Part shown: positions 56,667 to 64,000 of the stretch, piece by piece
Numbering within the stretch: position 1 is the stretch's first letter
Layout of the letters: each line of letters opens with the position of its first letter
From: Babesia bigemina
Taxonomy: Eukaryota
NCBI RefSeq assembly: GCF_000981445.1
Contig: NC_027218.1
Location: 124,001-188,000 of the forward strand
DNA length: 64,000 bases
Direction: 5' to 3'
The notes under the pieces: model-generated
The model's input: only the letters and a program-made list of their open reading frames with translations
Database searches by the model: none
Told to the model about the DNA's origin: nothing
Position numbers and translations under genes: made by a program

Positions 56667-56918
56667 ATGGGTCAGACGTGTTCTAAATGTAAGGATAATT
56701 GTTCCTCTGGCAGAGATTGTGCTGACTGTCCAAAATTTTCTTGTAATTGTCAATGTTGCAGAAAAACAGGTGCATACATTGCTGCTGGTGTTCTCTTTGC
56801 AATATTCGCATTAATCTTTTTTTCATCTTTCTACTACGGGTTTCCGGCAATACCTTACAAAAAGATTTCCGACGTTTTCAGATCATCTATGAGGGACACC
56901 TACAGTGGACTCTCCTAA
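56667..56918 (+). CDS. Short Cys-rich single-TM protein
   Basis: ATG at 56667 gives MGQTCSKC. Cys-rich N-terminus, TM helix, tail YKKI...TYSGLS*. Paralog of 15780..16088. Confidence 0.7.
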   Translation: MGQTCSKCKDNCSSGRDCADCPKFSCNCQCCRKTGAYIAAGVLFAIFALIFFSSFYYGFPAIPYKKISDVFRSSMRDTYSGLS

Positions 56919-58587
56919 CCTCATCGATATGCATAATAAAGTCACAAACGATGCTAAAATGTTAGCAGGATTCACCTGCGATGTAATGGCTTAGGTATGG
57001 GTTACCAATTCTGCTTCTCCTTGCCGTAGTTTTCCAACCTGTACACCACGGTGCTGCGCCTCGATATAACATCGTTTTTCTACCCGTCACCTTCATCGCC
57101 ACTGCGAACTTACCAAACCCACAAAGTAATGTAGTAGGCTCACCACTCAAGTTTCGTTCTGTTTGCTTCGTGACTGTGATTGCGTAATTACACGGTAACG
57201 ATGCACTGTATCAGTTCAGTAGCAGACATCCAGCTTAGCAGCTAAGAAGTGCCATCATCAGTGGCGGCGGGTCAATGGCAGAGTTGATGGTATTTGGCGG
57301 AATGTTTACACGGATCTATAGAAGCATGCTTTTGGGAGACGTGCTGAGCTATAGCGGAGCAATGTTGTAAATCAGAAGCAGTGGGATGACTACTCAGGTC
57401 GCTTTATTTGGTGACATTGTGGTGATAACCAACATCGTAATCCCTAACCGTATGTCACATAGATATCTTGTGGACTATCTATGTCGTAGGAAAAGATACA
57501 TTATAAGTCACTTTGGGACCTATACAAATCGAATGTTGTCATTTTCCGAGTAATGTTCACTAGTTTGGCGACGGACTTCATAGGCTCATTCCCATGGTAT
57601 GCCAGAGTTACTAGATCTTTGAGCACGATGGCTCATGCAATGGCTGTATTGCGGGGCATATTTATTTATATAGGCATTTTACATGATCAGTTATGTAAAA
57701 ATATTCTAAAATAAGGGGAAATCTCACGATTACCGTGCAAGGTGCTATGTAAACTGAGCTGTGGAAAACATGAGGCAGCATGCGTAAGCAACTCTATACC
57801 TCGGTATTGTAGATATACTTTGTTCCATAATCGCCAGTATAAACAGTCATTTGCTCTATCGTGATGCTGAACTTTTTAGCAATGTGCTCAATCTACGCAA
57901 ACATAGAGGCGGAATCAACGCATGTTCTCAACCTTCACAGCAGAAATCTCATCTCACCAAAACCTAAAAACGAATTAATCGTGAAGTAATGAGCGTTGAA
58001 GTACTGTTGCATTAGCTTCAATCTCTACAAAATCACATATGGCAAGATTCATCATTTACCAACTCACGTTAATAAATATGGTCATAACATCGCTAAGGCT
58101 TACGGAGTGTAGTACAGCTTCGACACAAAATATAGACTTTGTCGTAATATAGTGCCCGTATGCCCAGCTAATGATCATATGTATACGTAGTAGCTTGTAT
58201 GGCCAAAATAGTCCGATGGCACACGGAACCAGATTATCGCCAATATGGATAATACAAGGTACGAAGTAGTGCAGACAAACACATTATTAACTTGTCTAAT
58301 TGTGATACGGCTTATGTATACCGCGTAAAGTACTACTGTCTATTAGCGTCAATTGAGGCGATGACGGCCTGATTGAGTTCGGGTGCACTCCCTTGCGCAT
58401 AGCGTCCACTAGTCACGCACATAATCTTGTTGAACAATGATAGCTATACTATCATACTTAATCGAGCTCACACAATAGACCAGATCATACGTTTCCCTAT
58501 TGAGCCCCATTTACCGTTACATACACGGAGGGTAATTATGCGCAAGAAACCGCAGCAATTGATGCTTTGCACTCCCCAAAGCCGTCA

Positions 58588-61368
58588 TTAAATCACTTGC
58601 CGCTTAGATATTAGCGCCATATTGGGGGTAGGAGATTTCGGGTGATGTTCTTCATACCGACGGTAAAGTTGCCTGGTTAACTGTGGAAAGACCTTCTCAG
58701 TTACGTCGCTGTGTCCCTTGAACTTTTCCAGGAACATTTTACGCATTTTGGCGATGTCAACAAGCAGTTCATCGTAAGTGTACTGCTCTGAGGCGAGCTT
58801 CTCGTCCAAGCTTTTGGCACACTTGTCAAACATGGCCACTGCAGCGTCGTTAGCGATTTTGTCGTTCTTGACTTCCAGTTTCTCTATGAGGCCGTCGAGC
58901 GACTTCTCGAGGTACTCATACTGTTCACGATATAGGGCCTGATCGCCTAAAACACGCGTCTGGAAATCGTGCAGGCTTTTTTGCTTCAGCCGCATACAGC
59001 GCGATAACAGCACTCTCGGCTCTATCGGCAGCTGCATAACCACGTGATGTTTCAGGCCCTTGAAGAACTGTACGATAACCTCTCTACTAATATTTACATT
59101 TTCCTTTACACGCACGTCACGTATGATCGTCTTGGCGTCCCTGAGTTTGATCATCCCATGTGCGTTGAAGTGGGCAATCAGCTGCTTCAGGTAGTTTACA
59201 AACATGCCGCCATTCATATGCGAATGCGATTGCACATGTGATAAGGTGTCTTGATAAACGCATGCTTTTACTTCGTCGAGTCGCTCACAGAACAGCGGGC
59301 TCAGCAGGTGGTTGGGGATGCTGCTAATATTTGGTTGGCCGATTGGTGCGTTGCCTCCGATGAGACGCGTCTGAGATCCCACTGCCACATCCGCCGACAT
59401 TATTTCTGCGTTTGCGGGCGCTAGCAGTGTGGCGAATATGCGTTTTAGAGCATCCTTAGCGTTCAACGCGGAAGAGCGATCGGCTATGCTCAAGGACTTT
59501 GGAACGACAACGGGGCACGGCAGCGATGTGTATTTCCTGTTTGTAAAGATTTCAAATGCGTCCAACATGTCATTTTTGAAATCCATGCCCCTATCCCTGC
59601 GATTACAGTTGAAGATATTGGCGTAGTGTTCGAATATCCCCTGTTCCACTAGTGTCTCAGGAGTATAAAGGCGGTCATCCATGCATTTTACGTGCCCCTC
59701 ACTGTCCCTGAAAACGAAATGGACTATGGGTGCCTTCCACAGGTTGGCTTCGCCCAGGTCGGAGCGCACCTCTTCAGCAGCCTCTATGCTTTCGTGCTCC
59801 TTCGACTCGAACGATTTAGACAGTATGTTTTGTTCGTTCAGCAGGAATGACGTCTTCTTTGTGAATTCCTCTATGGTTTCCTGCATCTCCAGCGCACTCA
59901 CGTCCTCTTCGAAGCTCATTCGGTCGTGCTTAACGACGTCTATCATTGCGCGCACCATATCGTAAATCCCCGTCCTCGGCGGATTGGCAACGTTGCATAT
60001 CACACAGTTACTCAATAACAGCAAAAACTTGATCATGTCAATGCGCTGCGCTTGGTGGTTTTCGAACCCGTCAACATCAAGGTATATATACGCATACTTT
60101 TCCTGATAAACACCTACATACGCCCACACAGCTCCCTCTGGTGGCTGGTGCATTTGGTTCATGGCCCCCTTAGCGGAATAAGCTTCCGAGCACCTGAACG
60201 ATTTGGTCGGCTTATTCACTAGCATGCTAGCGAGGTAGCTCTTTCCCGTTCTCGAATCGCCGCATACCCCAATCGTCACAACTTGCAAATCTTTAACTTG
60301 CGTCTGGATGATTTTAGCCGCTGATTTAACCAGGCTACATAGTGTACGATCGCCCTGCTTGGTAAAATGCAGCAGCTTCACCGCACGTGCCGTATGCACC
60401 TTTGAGAAGCCTTTGAAAGGGTCAATGATACGTGACATGGAACAGACATTCAACGGGACTTCAAATAACCCTGTGCTTCGCAGCGACGGTGAAGCGCCGT
60501 CGTTAGTTTCGGAATCCAAAGATTGCGCACTTTCTGAAGGTGGAGATGCATTTCGTACTGCGCTCCGATGTACGTTGCGCGTCCGGCATCTGGTGCGTCG
60601 TTCGCCATTGCCGGTTGACACAGGACTGTTTGACTCATCTCCGCTGTACCCCTCGTATGCTCCGGAGTACTCTTCCTCGTTGCTGTACCTGCTATGCGTC
60701 GATGCGGTGGTGTCCCCTCCCATGTTGCTCACCGTGTAGTCAGGCCTCCTTTCATTCTCCCCATGGAACGGCGCATCATGGCGTTGCTTCTGGGGCGAAG
60801 GCATGTAGTAATTGACCGCTTCTATAATGTCAGGGTACGGGGCAGCGGAATGTTGCGCCTCGTCGTAACCGAAACTTAGGGTTGCGTCTCTCGTGTCCTG
60901 CCTAATGTTCCTAACCACCATATAGTTGTTCGACGCGTTGGAAAATGCCTTCGGATAACTCCATTCGTCGTCATATGATCTGCCCATGAATCTGTCAGAA
61001 TCGCCAAATGTTGGAGGCCCCCTCGACGAAAGGTCTATTGAGTCATATCGCTGGGTTTCTGGCGGCATGATATAAATGTCATGCACAACGGGATGTTCTC
61101 CCTTTTCTGCATTTTCCACAGGTTTATCGTTCTCGATAATGCTACATTCATCTTCTGATTTCAAGTTTTGCGCGCGAGCGGCGGTCGTTTCCTCGGCGAT
61201 AACACGTGCGTCATCACCCGCGTCATTTATGCCTCCTGGAACGGAATTGGGAGCAGGCGTCGGTTGTATCAAGTCATCGTACATTGTAGCCAACTCTTCG
61301 CTGGAAACGCTGGCGTAATATTGGCGGTTAGCCACCGTAACTCCCTCCTCCGGCGAAGAGTCCGCCAT
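58588..61368 (-). CDS. Guanylate-binding protein/atlastin-like large GTPase with long disordered N-terminus
   Basis: VVTIGVCGDSRTGKSYL (G1), YLDVDGFE (G3), FLLLLSNCVICN, HFVFRD (G4), then MNGGMFVNYL and a helical stalk. Confidence 0.8.
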   Translation of the reverse strand: MADSSPEEGVTVANRQYYASVSSEELATMYDDLIQPTPAPNSVPGGINDAGDDARVIAEETTAARAQNLKSEDECSIIENDKPVENAEKGEHPVVHDIYIMPPETQRYDSIDLSSRGPPTFGDSDRFMGRSYDDEWSYPKAFSNASNNYMVVRNIRQDTRDATLSFGYDEAQHSAAPYPDIIEAVNYYMPSPQKQRHDAPFHGENERRPDYTVSNMGGDTTASTHSRYSNEEEYSGAYEGYSGDESNSPVSTGNGERRTRCRTRNVHRSAVRNASPPSESAQSLDSETNDGASPSLRSTGLFEVPLNVCSMSRIIDPFKGFSKVHTARAVKLLHFTKQGDRTLCSLVKSAAKIIQTQVKDLQVVTIGVCGDSRTGKSYLASMLVNKPTKSFRCSEAYSAKGAMNQMHQPPEGAVWAYVGVYQEKYAYIYLDVDGFENHQAQRIDMIKFLLLLSNCVICNVANPPRTGIYDMVRAMIDVVKHDRMSFEEDVSALEMQETIEEFTKKTSFLLNEQNILSKSFESKEHESIEAAEEVRSDLGEANLWKAPIVHFVFRDSEGHVKCMDDRLYTPETLVEQGIFEHYANIFNCNRRDRGMDFKNDMLDAFEIFTNRKYTSLPCPVVVPKSLSIADRSSALNAKDALKRIFATLLAPANAEIMSADVAVGSQTRLIGGNAPIGQPNISSIPNHLLSPLFCERLDEVKACVYQDTLSHVQSHSHMNGGMFVNYLKQLIAHFNAHGMIKLRDAKTIIRDVRVKENVNISREVIVQFFKGLKHHVVMQLPIEPRVLLSRCMRLKQKSLHDFQTRVLGDQALYREQYEYLEKSLDGLIEKLEVKNDKIANDAAVAMFDKCAKSLDEKLASEQYTYDELLVDIAKMRKMFLEKFKGHSDVTEKVFPQLTRQLYRRYEEHHPKSPTPNMALISKRQVI

Positions 61369-61728
61369 GATGTACAGCGCAAGCCTATGCGGTACCCAGT
61401 AACCTGACGATGCCCACCGTAGTCACATATACCGATTAGAGCATTATTGCTGATCAGTACCGTGCAACTACGACGATTTCGGCAATGTGTACGGTACCAT
61501 TACGACTAGGCGTATGGGGAAGCAAGTGTGTGTGTACGTACGATGGCATTAGATTGCACATTGATGTGAATACAGCCATTTTCGCGCCTCACGCCGTCAG
61601 GTATACTCATGTGTATATGAAATCGCTACGGAGTGGTCAGTGTGTGCCGGTTGTCTAACTGGAAGCCACAGACGCCGCGACGGTCACACCTACCGCCATC
61701 TACACCCTAAAACATGAACATCTATTAT

Positions 61729-61947
61729 TCAAAGGTAAATGTTAGTGCCGCATTTGCGATGTTTGTAGATGAGGTATTCGTCTCCATCCGAGATGCACGT
61801 GCAACACCGGGTCTGAGGTACGCAGTGCGTGATCCGGATTCTTGGGGCCTCGTGGTATACGGTAGTCTCTACCACAGGCCTGGTTTCGATGACTTGACCA
61901 ACCTTGGCCCAGGTGGCGTTGCACAAATGGTAGACAGCCATGTTCAT
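61729..61947 (-). CDS. Possible small hypothetical protein (72 aa)
   Basis: Open frame with ATG and coding-like C/G-ending codons in an intergenic gap. No recognisable motif. Confidence 0.3.
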   Translation of the reverse strand: MNMAVYHLCNATWAKVGQVIETRPVVETTVYHEAPRIRITHCVPQTRCCTCISDGDEYLIYKHRKCGTNIYL

Positions 61948-62455
61948 TGATGAGTATAGGCGGAGGTGTAAAAAAGAGCAACTATAAATGATGTGAGTTA
62001 TGCCTGGGAGGCGAGACAGTAGCTATCAGCATGTATAACACATGCGTTGAGGCGTTGTACTTGTATGATTATCATCCCTAGCGCCCCGTTACTGTTCCAC
62101 GATTCGGTGCGGACCGTTCGAGCCGCGTTTATAGCGCATTCGTAGCATTCCATGCAACTCAGCTATGTACACTCGAATCTAGCAACTAGATCGGCTATCC
62201 GCTGCCGGCATGTGCTGATGTGTAGCGTTCCTGTTCAGTGGATCGCCGACGCGGGTTGCCACGGAGACATGCGGGGTACAGTGCGAGCAATCACAGCGAT
62301 ATCACATTTTAAACGTCAAACTGTAAACAAAAGTAAACGCCACTCGAAAATTTGGTGTCCCTAGCACGAAAAACCGCAACTAGCGAAAATTTAGCCACAC
62401 AGCAGATTACGACTAATGCGGCACTCGCGTTGTCGTATATTGAGTTCTAATTGAA

Positions 62456-62913
62456 ATGGGAAAAGGTCATGGCGACTGGGTGTGCCCTGTTCTAACGTGA
62501 GTTTCGCTGTGTTTTGTAAGGTCTCCCTAGACGTTTGGAGTGTGCAAACTTCCTTGTGCTGTCGTTCATTAGGATTCAGGTGCTCAAATCTCAATTTTTC
62601 AAAACGCGATTCTTGCAATCGCTGTGGATTCAATCGTTCGCAAGGTGCGTTAGGGATTTCGTTGGGGCCGATAATAGTTCAGGTGGCGGCGCGGATGCAC
62701 CCCTTTTTAGACATCGCAAGTACAACGACTGGCTTTGCGAACAGTAGGTTCCCACGGATACGCCCTGATGTGTGGCAGTTGTGGTAACGCAAACTGGTCC
62801 CGTAGAAGACAGTGTAACATTTGCAGGCAAGACAGGCCGGGTTGTAACAGGTGTGTTGTTGTTTTACCCTTACACACCTTCTCAGCGACGGCCCGGTGCA
62901 GTGTGCCACATAA
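62456..62913 (+). CDS. ZRANB2-like protein with two RanBP2-type zinc fingers, 5 exons
   Basis: Spliced product [30 protein letters not shown]...NDWLCEHCGNANWSRRRQCNICRQDR...CAT*, using four GT-AG introns. Confidence 0.8.
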
Positions 62914-63008
62914 CGTAGATATTATATAAACGAATTTCGTGACTTACAAGTCACTTGGGTGTGTGTTGGGAGTGCTGTTACAGGCTTCCTCTGTTATAAA
63001 TCGAGCTA

Positions 63009-64000
63009 ATGGGTATTAAGGGGCTCATCGGGTTTCTCAATGAATTCGCCCCGGGCTCCTTGAGCAACGTCACCTTGGACAGCGTATCCGGATACACTGT
63101 CGCTATTGATGCATCAACTGCTCTGTATCAGTTCACCATAGCGATTAGGGAGAGCAGCTACTTTTCTTCGCTGACGAACTCCAAGGGCGAATCCACGTCG
63201 CACCTCGCTGGTTTGATGACCAGGACCATTCGGCTCCTTGAATCTGGAATAAAACCTATTTTCGTCTTCGACTCCACTCCCCCCGAGGCCAAACTCCAGA
63301 CGCTCGCGAAACGCAAGGAATTGCGCCAGGAAGCGGAGGCATCCCTTGAGCTAGCAAAGGAGAATGATGACAAGGAAAACATCAAAAAGTTCGTAGGTCG
63401 TACTGTTCACATTTCAAAGAGCGAGAACGAGAGCGCCAAAGAGCTGCTCCGGTTGATGGGTATACCGGTCATCGAGGCTAAAGAGGAGGCGGAAGCACAG
63501 TGCGCGTACCTTGTGAAGCAAGGCCTGGCTGATGCCGTGGGCACTGAGGACGCCGATGCACTTGTATTCGGTTGCGTCACGCTATTGAAAAATCTAACTG
63601 CCAGCAACAAGAAGATTTTGAAAGTCGAGTTGGCCAAAGTGCTCGAGCTGCTCAACCTGACTCACGCTGAGTTCATCGACTTTTGTATTCTTTGTGGATG
63701 TGACTATTGCGGCACGATTAAAGGAGTTGGTCCTAAGACGGCCTACAATTTGATTCGTAAGTTCAAGAGCATCGAACGCATTTTGGAAGTAAAATCTGAA
63801 TCACTAGAAGGCTACGAGGTAGCGCAAGAGTACTTCCGCAACCCGCAGGTCAATCACATTGCTGAGATTCCTCGTTCTGAGCCTGATCTCACGGCTTTGA
63901 AGGAGTTTTTGGTCGACAAGAACGATTTCGCGGAAGAACGTGTCAACAAGTTCCTGGAACGTCTTCTTAAGGCAAAGACCAAGAAGGTTCAGCTGTCTCT
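63009..64000 (+). CDS. FEN1: Flap endonuclease 1; 3' end runs off the window
   Basis: MGIKGLIGFL...AIDASTALYQF...GESTSHLAG...KPIFVFD...EAEAQCA...TEDADALVFG...CILCGCDYCGTIKGVGPKTA. Confidence 0.95.
   Translation, partial: MGIKGLIGFLNEFAPGSLSNVTLDSVSGYTVAIDASTALYQFTIAIRESSYFSSLTNSKGESTSHLAGLMTRTIRLLESGIKPIFVFDSTPPEAKLQTLAKRKELRQEAEASLELAKENDDKENIKKFVGRTVHISKSENESAKELLRLMGIPVIEAKEEAEAQCAYLVKQGLADAVGTEDADALVFGCVTLLKNLTASNKKILKVELAKVLELLNLTHAEFIDFCILCGCDYCGTIKGVGPKTAYNLIRKFKSIERILEVKSESLEGYEVAQEYFRNPQVNHIAEIPRSEPDLTALKEFLVDKNDFAEERVNKFLERLLKAKTKKVQLS

Overview
Eukaryotic, apicomplexan DNA, almost certainly Babesia sensu stricto and most like the B. bigemina/B. ovata lineage. Evidence: compact genes, 35-41 nt GT-AG introns, an apicoplast-type leader and VESA-like genes. 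Three housekeeping blocks (RPC5, GRAB golgin, Pcf11-like | REV1, YKT6, TruD, mL40-like, BI-1, LTN1, FNT, FIGNL1-like AAA | GBP-like GTPase, ZRANB2-like, FEN1) are interrupted by two variant-antigen islands (about 6.7-20.2 kb and 40.6-58.5 kb). Each island carries the same set: VESA-related genes, one long and one short Cys-rich single-TM gene. Three of the four Cys-rich proteins end in a shared Y[SA]GLS tail. One VESA-related protein holds 17 copies of a decapeptide (NQGKKAEGAQ) that matches the mammalian RRBP1/p180 repeat. The islands also contain shared non-coding elements, a probable gene-conversion tract, a 6-Cys gene relic and a degenerated tail. All assignments come from reading motifs by eye; no searches were run.
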